A stretch of 52,311 nt of DNA from Acutalibacteraceae bacterium. GTDB taxonomy: Bacteria; Bacillota; Clostridia; Oscillospirales; Acutalibacteraceae. Location: contig JAZRZU010000071.1 of assembly GCA_045601465.1 (NCBI GenBank), positions 1 through 52,311 of the forward strand, written 5' to 3'. A model generated the notes under the pieces. That model was not told the origin of the DNA. It saw nothing but the letters and a program-made list of their open reading frames with translations, and ran no database searches. A program made the position numbers and the translations under genes. This document shows, in pieces, positions 27,207-35,503 of the stretch. Within the stretch, counting starts at the first letter, position 1, and each line of letters starts with the position of its first letter.

Positions 27207-28817
27207 TTACTGTGTGACGTCGCTGACATACAATGTTACCGTATCGCCCGGTAAAATGGTTTCTCCTGCTTTAGGCGAAGTACTTTCCACAAGCCCCTTT
27301 TCCAGCGTAGACACCTGCAAAAGCAAGCTATCGGTTACGGTATATCCCAATGCCTCTAAGTACAACTTGGCATGTTCTTCTTCCCATCCCGTCATGTCCG
27401 GCATAACGTTGTTTAACGGACCGGCGCTGATGACAACCTGAATCGTCGTACCCCGTTCGACCTTCTCGTTCGGAGCAGGTGTTTGGGATATAATGGCGCC
27501 TTTCGGCACCGTTGCACTGTATTCATATCCTTTGAGCGCTACCGTCATATCGCCAGACAAAACCGATTTTCTTACCACGGCATACATCCGCCCACACACA
27601 TCCTCGGTCCCAAACAACAACGGTCCGGTTTGGACGGGAACGGTGGTGGTAGGTGTGGTTGTCGTGGTCATAGAATCCTGTGTTGTAGTCGAATTGGCAG
27701 GCAAAGGAAGCTCAATGACGCCCAAGCCGTTGAGCGCAACCGCCACAACCACCGCAAGTACCGCAAAAACCGCTGTGAACACGACCCACAAATAGTGTTT
27801 CTTGCCTTTTTTGGATTCCACAGACGGCTGGTCATCCTCGTGAATCAAGGCGGCAACCGCCGATGTAGCAGTCAACTCATCCAATAACTGCTGGATGGTT
27901 TGTGTCCGTCGTTGCGGATGCACCCGCAACGCACGAATTAAACTTTCTTTGACGTGCGTCGGAGTCTTGTCGGCAATCTGAGCCGGCATGAGCAACTCCT
28001 CCGCCTTTTTGCCACGCTTGTCAGCATCCGTCGGACGACGACCCGTCAGCGCAAAGAAAAGGGTAGCCGCCACACCGTAAACGTCCGAAGCCGGTGTACA
28101 CACCGCACCCGCCTCATACTGCTCCGGCGCTGCATATCCGGAAATCATGCTCGGCTGGCATTTACTGTTTGCCGTTCTCGTTTCCTCGATTGCAAAATTT
28201 TTAATACGCAACCGCCCCGCATTGTCCACTAAAACATTTTTCGGGCTGATACCGAGATGCAACATCCCGGTCGCATGAATGGACGATAAAGCCGACAGCA
28301 ACGGTAAAAACAATCGCCGTGCTTCTTCAAAAGAAAGATACCCGCCTTTTTCGGCGACGTATTTTTCCAAACTGCGCCCCTCACAAAATTCCATCACGCT
28401 GTATGCGGTACCGTTTTCTTCAAAAATATCATAGGCGGGTACTACCACCAACAGATCCCGCAGCCGTGCAACCGACCGTGCCACGCTCAAAAATTTCGAA
28501 CGATAGGCTAAAAACGTCTCCGCACACTCCGGTAACGCGGTGACTTCGCCGTTATTTTGCCGTGTGCACAACGTGGACGGAAAAAACTCACGTAGGGTAA
28601 TGGTACAATTTTCTTGTTGATCAAATCCGATATATACAGCGCTGTCACCGCCGATTTCCAGCACACGTCCCACTAAATAGCGACCGGAAAGCAACGTGCG
28701 GACAGGCAAATATTCCGGCGGATTGATCCCGCTTACAGGGTATCCGCAACAAGAACACGTTGTCCCTTCCGATTGCAGAGGCTTCATACAACCCATACAT
28801 CGCATATCGGTTGCCAT
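27207..28817 (-). CDS. Ser/Thr protein kinase-like protein with degenerate catalytic motifs (Zn-ribbon, kinase fold, TM, two PASTA-like repeats)
   Basis: ATG at 28817 follows GGGAGGAGAATAAGC. Parts seen: N-terminal CMGC...CSCCG, a kinase fold retaining GYAAPEQ and DVYGVAATLFFALTG, one TM helix, and C-terminal PASTA-like repeats. Confidence 0.8.
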   Translation of the reverse strand: MATDMRCMGCMKPLQSEGTTCSCCGYPVSGINPPEYLPVRTLLSGRYLVGRVLEIGGDSAVYIGFDQQENCTITLREFFPSTLCTRQNNGEVTALPECAETFLAYRSKFLSVARSVARLRDLLVVVPAYDIFEENGTAYSVMEFCEGRSLEKYVAEKGGYLSFEEARRLFLPLLSALSSIHATGMLHLGISPKNVLVDNAGRLRIKNFAIEETRTANSKCQPSMISGYAAPEQYEAGAVCTPASDVYGVAATLFFALTGRRPTDADKRGKKAEELLMPAQIADKTPTHVKESLIRALRVHPQRRTQTIQQLLDELTATSAVAALIHEDDQPSVESKKGKKHYLWVVFTAVFAVLAVVVAVALNGLGVIELPLPANSTTTQDSMTTTTTPTTTVPVQTGPLLFGTEDVCGRMYAVVRKSVLSGDMTVALKGYEYSATVPKGAIISQTPAPNEKVERGTTIQVVISAGPLNNVMPDMTGWEEEHAKLYLEALGYTVTDSLLLQVSTLEKGLVESTSPKAGETILPGDTVTLYVSDVTQ

Positions 28818-28819
28818 GC

Positions 28820-29821
28820 TTATTCTCCTCCCAACGATTGTTTGAGCTTCTGTTGCCGAATGTCTTTGCCCACACATACCAGCGGCACAAACAAGCCCGT
28901 GATACGGGAGGCGATCTGTTCACCGTAGCGGTCAATCAATTCCTTTTGATTGAGGTTTGTGCTGATGATGGTGGGCTTTTCCGCCATCAACCGCCCGTTG
29001 ATGATGTTATACAATGCCGATGTGTAAAAGGAACTGGAAAATTCCGTTCCCACATCATCTAAAACCAGCAGATCGCATGCAATCAACACATCTTCTGTGT
29101 TGCCGTCGGTTCTGCCGAAATGCTCCCGTTCCATACGATGCAAAAGCTGCTGAATCGGTCCATACACCACCGAATAGCCTTTGGCAAGCACCTCGTTAGC
29201 GATCGCCAACGACAAATGTGTTTTACCAACCCCGGTCGGGCCCCGCAGTAACAAGCTGTCATCCCGTCCGTCGAAATTCTGGGCATACGCCTGACAATAT
29301 TCAAAAACCTTGCGCATCTGCGCACGGGGCGCAATGCCGGTACGGGTATCAGCCTTTGCGGAATAAAAATCCAACGATAATTCTTTAAATTTCGTCGGAC
29401 GCATCGCCGACAATTCGGACAATTCCATGCAAGAATATTCCCGCATCAACTGCTCCAAACAGACACACGGCTTGCCGTTTGCAAACCCGGTATCTTCACA
29501 ATGCGGACAGGTATACTGCGGTTCAAAATTCGTCACAGTCGTCCCATGCTTTTGCAGCAACATGGATAACTCGATTTGTAATGCCAGATTTTCGGTTTTG
29601 ATCCGTTCCACCTGTTTTTCCACGTCCTGCTTATTGAGAATGGCGGCAACCACCTTTTGAGAGGACATCGCCATCAGCTGTTCAATTTCCCGAACACGAG
29701 GCTCCTCTTCCCGCATCCGTTCACGGAACGCTGCCGCTTGCGCCGTTGCCGTTGCACGTCGTTCCTTTAAAGTCGCCATCGCTTTTTCATATAGTTCTTT
29801 TTTATACATTCGACGGCTCAC
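28820..29821 (-). CDS. DnaC/DnaI-like helicase loader ATPase
   Basis: Walker A GPTGVGKTH and Walker B LLVLDDVGTE. An N-terminal Cys cluster (CPHCEDTG...CVC) resembles the DnaI Zn domain. Confidence 0.8.
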   Translation of the reverse strand: MSRRMYKKELYEKAMATLKERRATATAQAAAFRERMREEEPRVREIEQLMAMSSQKVVAAILNKQDVEKQVERIKTENLALQIELSMLLQKHGTTVTNFEPQYTCPHCEDTGFANGKPCVCLEQLMREYSCMELSELSAMRPTKFKELSLDFYSAKADTRTGIAPRAQMRKVFEYCQAYAQNFDGRDDSLLLRGPTGVGKTHLSLAIANEVLAKGYSVVYGPIQQLLHRMEREHFGRTDGNTEDVLIACDLLVLDDVGTEFSSSFYTSALYNIINGRLMAEKPTIISTNLNQKELIDRYGEQIASRITGLFVPLVCVGKDIRQQKLKQSLGGE

Positions 29822-30789
29822 CTCGTTTTCTTCTTATAAATCGGCACGTACTGTTCCACCATGTTTTCGTATTCGGTGTTTTCAGCCGTGGGTTGTTTAC
29901 CCGCTTTTGGTTTTCCGGATAAAGCCGAAACCTTTTCGACCGTGTCCGCCCCTTGGTTGTGCCAATTTTCCAATATGCGGTCCATATACCGCACGTCAAA
30001 TTTACCGATTTTTTCTACGCAAATCGTATAAGCTTGCGCTAATAGCTCATCGGTGACCTGCCATTGACAGAGCCATTTTTCCACCGTTCGCATCGTCGCC
30101 GCACCGGTCAAGGGCTTTGGAAGCTGACACACCGCCTGTACCCGTAACACCGCTTGTTCACAGCGCTCCAAATAACACAAATGCTGCTCGGCGGCTTGCA
30201 TCGTCATAATGCCGCGTTCCGACCAATCCAGTGCCACTTTCTCTATGTATCGCATGGTAAGATGGTCCGCCTGTGCCGCATATCCCACCACCATCAGAAT
30301 GACCGCTGCCGGCATCCCGACCGTTTCATATAAATACAGAAGCGTTTCAGCATCTCCGTTGGAGAGTGGCCGCCCGATACGAGCGCCCACCTCGGTCAAC
30401 AACCCACCGAACTCCTCGTCCTTTTTCTGCCGCCGAATCACCTGTGTCATCTGCGGTTTTTCCACTTTTGGCCGTTTTAGCTTGGGCGGTTCCACAGCCT
30501 CTGTTTTCGTCGGCATAGCTTTCGTATCGGATACAACTGCCGCCGATTCCTCGCTGGGATGGAGCACCTTGACCGCCACCCAATACTGCAACGCATCTTG
30601 ACAATCCGGCACCGATTCGCCGATTGCCTTCGCACAGGCTTCGACGTCAAATACACCGCTGTTACGGGACACCCACAACAGCACTTTGAGCTGGATAAAA
30701 CTACATAGCCGCAAATGCCGATCCGCAATTTCCTTGGGCAATACAAACACGCGGCGCATCAATGACGCTTTCCACAAATAATCTGCCAT
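29818..30789 (-). CDS. DnaD-domain replication initiation protein (DnaB/DnaD-like)
   Basis: ATG at 30789 follows AAAGGAGGGAC. Two DnaD/DnaB_2-type repeats are visible (MRYIEKVALDWSERGI, VRYMDRILENWHNQG). It is upstream of, and overlaps, the loader gene. Confidence 0.72.
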   Translation of the reverse strand: MADYLWKASLMRRVFVLPKEIADRHLRLCSFIQLKVLLWVSRNSGVFDVEACAKAIGESVPDCQDALQYWVAVKVLHPSEESAAVVSDTKAMPTKTEAVEPPKLKRPKVEKPQMTQVIRRQKKDEEFGGLLTEVGARIGRPLSNGDAETLLYLYETVGMPAAVILMVVGYAAQADHLTMRYIEKVALDWSERGIMTMQAAEQHLCYLERCEQAVLRVQAVCQLPKPLTGAATMRTVEKWLCQWQVTDELLAQAYTICVEKIGKFDVRYMDRILENWHNQGADTVEKVSALSGKPKAGKQPTAENTEYENMVEQYVPIYKKKTR

Positions 30790-30962
30790 AAAGTGTCCCT
30801 CCTTTCGGTTCTGTTTTACGAAGAATACCCATAATATTATATACATCTTTCGACCCGAAACGCAAGAGTTTTTTCGTTTTTCAAGTCAAAGGATAAAAAA
30901 TTCAGTTGATTTTTTTTGAAATATGTGCTATGTTGATAATGAAAAAAAGGAGGTGCTAAAAC

Positions 30963-31133
30963 ATGGCTTACATCATTAACGACGATTGCATCAGCTGCGG
31001 CGCTTGCGCCGAGGGTTGCCCTACCAGCGCAATCACGGAGGGCGACGGCAAATATGTCATCGATGCGGAGACTTGCATCGATTGCGGTGCTTGTGCTGAA
31101 GCGTGCCCCGTGAGCGCTCCTCAGGCGGAATGA
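30963..31133 (+). CDS. Clostridial-type 2x[4Fe-4S] ferredoxin (56 aa)
   Basis: MAYIINDDCISCGACAEGCP...CIDCGACAEACP has two CxxCxxCxxxCP motifs. The RBS is AAAAAGGAGG. It is not in the ORF track because it is under 60 aa. Confidence 0.88.
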   Translation: MAYIINDDCISCGACAEGCPTSAITEGDGKYVIDAETCIDCGACAEACPVSAPQAE

Positions 31134-31146
31134 TTTCGATTTGTTG

Positions 31147-31180
31147 AAGGCTGCCGTACAGAACCGTACGGCAGCCTTTC
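31147..31180 (+). terminator. Terminator after ferredoxin
   Basis: GAAGGCTGCCGTAC / GTACGGCAGCCTTTC. Confidence 0.65.
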
Positions 31181-31200
31181 ATCTTGAAAGGGATGTTATC

Positions 31201-31860
31201 GTGACACGAACCGAACCCTTAAAAAACGGCCGTTTTGTGCAGGTGGATGACACCTGTACCTTCGGTATTGATGCGGTGTTACTCAGTGAATTTGCCAAAA
31301 CACGTCCATCCGACCGTGCGTGTGACCTGGGAACCGGTTGCGGGATCATCCCGCTTTTGTGGTACACCGCCGAACAAGGTCCTTTGGTAGACGCTGTGGA
31401 TTGCTCACGCCACGCTGTCACGCTTTGCCGTGATTCGGTTGAAAAGAACCGCCTTTCCCACCGCATCACCGTATGGGAACAGGATTGGTGTGCGCTGTCT
31501 TTGCCAACCGCTTCGTATGACTTGGTGACCTGTAACCCGCCATACTTCCCCTTGGGAAGCGGAAAGGTCAGCGAGCAGGCGGACCGTCGTCTGGCACGGC
31601 ACGAAACCGCCACCACACTGACAGACGTTATCGCCGCTGCCCACCGTTTGCTCAAAGTTGGCGGACACTTTTGTTTGTGTCACCGTCCGGAACGTTTAGC
31701 AGACGTATTCCAAACATTGCGTGCGCAGGGCTTGGAACCCAAACGTTTACAATTCGTTCACGCCCGTCCCGACACTCCCCCTTTTCTATTCCTGTGCGAT
31801 GCCGCCAAAGGCGGCGGTGTACAGTTAACGGTTCTCCCCCCACACTTTCTTGAAAGGTAG
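31201..31860 (+). CDS. SAM-dependent methyltransferase, tRNA (adenine-N6) TrmN6/YabB-like
   Basis: GTG at 31201 follows GAAAGGGA. Contains SAM motif DLGTGCG and NPPYF. It precedes rsmI, as yabB does in Bacillus. Confidence 0.75.
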   Translation: MTRTEPLKNGRFVQVDDTCTFGIDAVLLSEFAKTRPSDRACDLGTGCGIIPLLWYTAEQGPLVDAVDCSRHAVTLCRDSVEKNRLSHRITVWEQDWCALSLPTASYDLVTCNPPYFPLGSGKVSEQADRRLARHETATTLTDVIAAAHRLLKVGGHFCLCHRPERLADVFQTLRAQGLEPKRLQFVHARPDTPPFLFLCDAAKGGGVQLTVLPPHFLER

Positions 31861-31869
31861 GCGGCCGAT

Positions 31870-32700
31870 ATGCCCGGAACTCTTATTTTAGTTGGTACCC
31901 CCATCGGTAATTTGTCGGATTTTTCACCCCGTGCGATCGAAGCATTGCGTTCATGTGATTGTATTGCCGCCGAGGATACCCGTGTCTCTTTGACGCTGCT
32001 CAACCACTTTGGTATCCGCAAACCGCTGATCAGTTATTTCGAACATAATAAACAAGAGCGAGGTGCCGTCATCTGCCGTAAATTAGAAGAAGGCGAAACC
32101 GTCGCTTTGGTAACCGATGCGGGTATGCCCGCTATCTCCGACCCCGGCGAAGATTTGGTAGCCTTGTGTCATGAACGTGGCATTCCCGTCACCGTCATCC
32201 CCGGCCCCAGCGCCGCGGTTGCGGCACTCGCCGTATCGGGTCTTCCCAGCGGCCGCTTTACGTTTGAAGGGTTTTTGTCGGTTAACCGCCGAGAACGCCT
32301 TGCACGGTTGGACTCACTGAAAGACGAACAACGCACCATGATCTTTTATGAAGCGCCTCATAAACTGGTGGGCACGCTGGATGACCTTTACGCAGCCTTC
32401 GGCGAACGCCGTGTGTGCTTGGCACGAGAACTGACCAAACTGCACGAAGAGATTCTGCGCACCACCCTGTCGGCTGCTCAGGAGCGCTATCACGAAACCC
32501 CGCCCCGTGGGGAATTCGTGCTCATCGTCGAAGGTGCTCTGCCTGCCGAAACAACACCCGCCTCCCCCGAACAAGCCGCTGCGCTCGCTCGTCTGTTTAT
32601 ACAGGAAGGCTTGTCCGCCTCCAACGCTGCAAAAAAAGCTGCGGCGGAAACCGGTGTCAAAAAAGGGGATATCTATCGTCTTCTCATCCAGGAGGAATAA
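31870..32700 (+). CDS. rsmI: 16S rRNA (cytidine1402-2'-O)-methyltransferase
   Basis: LILVGTPIGNLSD N-terminus and a tetrapyrrole-methylase fold typical of RsmI. Confidence 0.92.
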   Translation: MPGTLILVGTPIGNLSDFSPRAIEALRSCDCIAAEDTRVSLTLLNHFGIRKPLISYFEHNKQERGAVICRKLEEGETVALVTDAGMPAISDPGEDLVALCHERGIPVTVIPGPSAAVAALAVSGLPSGRFTFEGFLSVNRRERLARLDSLKDEQRTMIFYEAPHKLVGTLDDLYAAFGERRVCLARELTKLHEEILRTTLSAAQERYHETPPRGEFVLIVEGALPAETTPASPEQAAALARLFIQEGLSASNAAKKAAAETGVKKGDIYRLLIQEE

Positions 32701-32703
32701 CCA

Positions 32704-33246
32704 ATGTTTGAAAATTTTGGGGTTGGCACCCTCCTTATGATCGGATTGGCGGCGGTGATCGGCTTCTATCTGCACAAATTGGAGAAAAAAGAAAAGAGCG
32801 ACACATCAGCCGCCCTTTCTGAATCGTATAAACATTTGTCAGCCGAGATGCTCTGCTCTTTATCAGATGTAGACATTGTGCGTGCCGTTGCCGCCAATCT
32901 GCTGGCAAAGACCGACCGCCGCCACCCGGATGTGTACCATCTGTTTCCGATGCTCTCTCACGGCAGAATGGCGGTGTACAGCGTGTGGCTCATCTGCCAA
33001 GAGCTTGCGACCACCGACCTGCCCACCCTGCTCACCACCCCCACCACTCGATTTATCGAATCGGCGGCGGAGGGCTTTGCATGGATTGGGGCAGACGCTT
33101 GTGCCACTGCGCTGCTCGCCGCTGTAAATGCACCCGAGGATGAAGCGTGCTGTACCGCACTTTACGCAGCAATTGCCGATGAGCAACCGCTCATACTTTG
33201 CGCCACCTATATCCGTGAGCATCTCTCGGAGTTTACCGATACCTGA
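32704..33246 (+). CDS. Hypothetical protein with an N-terminal TM helix
   Basis: 180 aa starting 4 nt after rsmI. No recognised motif. Confidence 0.5.
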   Translation: MFENFGVGTLLMIGLAAVIGFYLHKLEKKEKSDTSAALSESYKHLSAEMLCSLSDVDIVRAVAANLLAKTDRRHPDVYHLFPMLSHGRMAVYSVWLICQELATTDLPTLLTTPTTRFIESAAEGFAWIGADACATALLAAVNAPEDEACCTALYAAIADEQPLILCATYIREHLSEFTDT

Positions 33247-33249
33247 TTT

Positions 33250-33639
33250 TTATAATGCAATATACAATAATACCAACAACAATTCAGCGGGTGCGCCGTT
33301 TTTACCGAGCATGAGAATGAGCAGTAATAACAGCACCCGCTCGGTATCTCCCGTCAAAAAAGACAGCAGACCCCGATCACAGGAATTGTGCGCCGCCATC
33401 TCGGATTCACAGCAAACCGTCGGCTGGTCGCATACCGTCTGTTCACACGGCTGTGGGCCACAGGGTTGTTCACACACCGAAGGCTGACACGGCGGCTCGT
33501 GCGACGGTTGCGGTGTCAGCGTCGTCCCCCGATAGATGGTCACCGGATGCTCCCGCACCAGCCGTCGGGACTGTTCTGCCATCCGCTGCACACGCTGTGC
33601 CGCTTGTTTTTGCAACTGCATCACTTGTGGGTCGTTCAT
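33250..33639 (-). CDS. Hypothetical Cys/Pro/Gln-rich protein with a hydrophobic C-terminus
   Basis: 129 aa with a central PPCQPSVCEQPCGPQPCEQTVCDQPTVCC. The start overlaps the upstream stop (ATGA-type). Confidence 0.5.
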   Translation of the reverse strand: MNDPQVMQLQKQAAQRVQRMAEQSRRLVREHPVTIYRGTTLTPQPSHEPPCQPSVCEQPCGPQPCEQTVCDQPTVCCESEMAAHNSCDRGLLSFLTGDTERVLLLLLILMLGKNGAPAELLLVLLYIAL

Positions 33640-33989
33640 TCAAATTTCCCTCCCTTTTGCAGAAGCGGTAGAAATTTCAGCAACTGCATCATCCGAACCG
33701 AATCGTCCAGTCGTTTTTCACGATCCCCATGCAGATACGGACGGAGCGCTTTAAGCAAGGTGGTATTTTGGTCATCCTGTCCCATCTGCGATAACAGCGG
33801 CATCAATTTGAGGATTCCGTCCAACTCCGGCATAGCCGGCATGGACGGTGCCGGCGCCGCTTCGGCTTTCGGCATTTCCGTCGGCGGGGTATCGCCACCG
33901 CCGAGTGCCGCCATCATACTCTGAATTTTGGCCAAACCATCCGGTGAATTTAACAGCGAATCGATCTTTTTGGAAAGCTCATCTTCCAT
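33636..33989 (-). CDS. Hypothetical protein
   Basis: 117 aa, middle gene of a three-gene overlapping operon, with a Pro/Ala-rich linker. Confidence 0.5.
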   Translation of the reverse strand: MEDELSKKIDSLLNSPDGLAKIQSMMAALGGGDTPPTEMPKAEAAPAPSMPAMPELDGILKLMPLLSQMGQDDQNTTLLKALRPYLHGDREKRLDDSVRMMQLLKFLPLLQKGGKFE

Positions 33990-34239
33990 CCGGCTTCCCG
34001 CCTTCCGTCAGCTTGGATAAAAACTTTTGTACCTCCGCTGACCCCAGTAGTTTTTGCAACTGCTCAGGATTGCCGGCAAGCTGACTGATTTTTTGCATAT
34101 TTTCGGTTCCCGCCCGCCCGCTTAATGCGGATAACCCGCCGTTTTGGACGGTGTTCACCAGCTGATCGGGTGTCATCCCGATCTTCTTGGCGGCATACCC
34201 CAATAACGCTTGCAATTGTTCCGGTGTAAGTTGATTCAT
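33979..34239 (-). CDS. Hypothetical small helical protein
   Basis: ATG at 34239 follows CAAGGAGGGAATACC. 86 aa with an internal repeat (PEQLQALLG / PEQLQKLLG). Confidence 0.5.
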   Translation of the reverse strand: MNQLTPEQLQALLGYAAKKIGMTPDQLVNTVQNGGLSALSGRAGTENMQKISQLAGNPEQLQKLLGSAEVQKFLSKLTEGGKPDGR

Positions 34240-34302
34240 GGTATTCCCTCCTTGTTGCACTATATGAGTCATCCTCCCAAAATATCAATCAAAGGAGAAT
34301 GT

Positions 34303-34770
34303 ATGCTTCGATTATTACTCGTTTCGGACACGCACGGCGACGCACGTGCTTTACAAGCCGCAATCGATGCCCAGCCGACCGCTTCGCTTCTCGTACACGT
34401 CGGAGACGGCGCCAATGACCTGACCAAAATTTCCGAGTTTTGTCCCATTCGTGCGATACAAGTTGCCGGGAACTGCGATCTTGCGAGCGCGTTGCCCGAT
34501 ACGGAAGAATTTGTATTCGCCAACCACCGTTTTTTTGCTACGCACGGCCACCGTTACGGTGTGAAAGCCGACCTCTATCGTCTGTCGTGCGCCGCACGCT
34601 CCCGTGCCGTACACGCAGTCTTGTTTGGGCATACCCACCGTCCCCTCGCCCTGTTTGACGACGGCATCTATCTGATAAATCCGGGCTCGTTGCGTGACGG
34701 TAATTATGCAACCATTGACATCGACCCCTCAGGCGGTATGGTGCCAAATCTTATCAAACTGCGCTACTAA
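34303..34770 (+). CDS. YfcE/MJ0936 family metallophosphoesterase
   Basis: ATG at 34303 follows AAAGGAGAATGT. Motifs VSDTHGD, HVGDG, GNCD, ATHGH and GHTH are present. Confidence 0.85.
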   Translation: MLRLLLVSDTHGDARALQAAIDAQPTASLLVHVGDGANDLTKISEFCPIRAIQVAGNCDLASALPDTEEFVFANHRFFATHGHRYGVKADLYRLSCAARSRAVHAVLFGHTHRPLALFDDGIYLINPGSLRDGNYATIDIDPSGGMVPNLIKLRY

Positions 34771-34799
34771 TACCATATGCATCTTTCGGTATAAACGTG

Positions 34800-34847
34800 A
34801 AAAAGAGCAGACCGTTGGGGCACCCTCCGTAAGGAAGGTGCCCCAAC
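34800..34847. repeat. Left copy of an inverted repeat pair bracketing the island (hairpin element)
   Basis: AAAAAGAGCAGACC + GTTGGGGCACC-CTCCGTAAGGAAG-GTGCCCCAAC. The partner lies at 37832-37877 in inverted orientation. Confidence 0.7.
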
Positions 34848-35083
34848 GGGTGTCTCTTGTATCAAAATTAAATAATTGATTTGGGTAAGCGGTGTAGTTA
34901 TTGGCTATGCCGTTCTTTGTTACACACCTTTTCAAAGTGTGTAACCCACTATGACACTTTCACGCTGTACAAAGATGTCAGTGGGTTCAAAAATGCAACT
35001 TGTATAAAATATTATCCATAGTCGCATTTTGAAATATCCCATTATTAACATTGCGCTATACTTTGCTAAGACCTGATACTCGA

Positions 35084-35121
35084 CGAAAAGAAAACACGGC
35101 AGAGAACAAACCCCTGCCGTG
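35084..35121 (-). terminator. Terminator of the island operon
   Basis: On the minus strand: CACGGCAG...CTGCCGTG followed by TTTTCTTTTCG. Confidence 0.65.
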
Positions 35122-35128
35122 AAACAAA

Positions 35129-35503
35129 TTACACCTTTTCGGTTTTTACATTTACACCTTGTTTGATTGCTTCTTCAAGGAAAGAAACCATAAGGTTAAA
35201 TACTTCGGTTGTTTCTTCAAACTCAAAGGTCTTTTCCTTGTAGAGCATCAAATCTTCAAGGTATTCGGAAGGATCAATTTCAGTAATACCGCCGTCCTCC
35301 GAAAAAACGCCCTCAAACTGATGATAGTCACGTGTAAAACCTTTCCACCCGTTTCCGTCAAGCGTAGGTGTATCGTAAATATCATCAAAGTAGCCTTCCC
35401 AAATGTGAATGGCTTGGTCGGCTTCGATACAAAGAACAATTTTACCCTCGTCCTCGTACCCCTCGTAGTAGGTGTAATTATTTTTTAGGTTTCCAATGTC
35501 CAT
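35129..35503 (-). CDS. Acidic 124 aa protein, immunity-protein-like
   Basis: Rich in D/E/Y. Its start lies 26 nt inside the preceding ORF. It is the last gene of the operon. No family recognised. Confidence 0.5.
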   Translation of the reverse strand: MDIGNLKNNYTYYEGYEDEGKIVLCIEADQAIHIWEGYFDDIYDTPTLDGNGWKGFTRDYHQFEGVFSEDGGITEIDPSEYLEDLMLYKEKTFEFEETTEVFNLMVSFLEEAIKQGVNVKTEKV

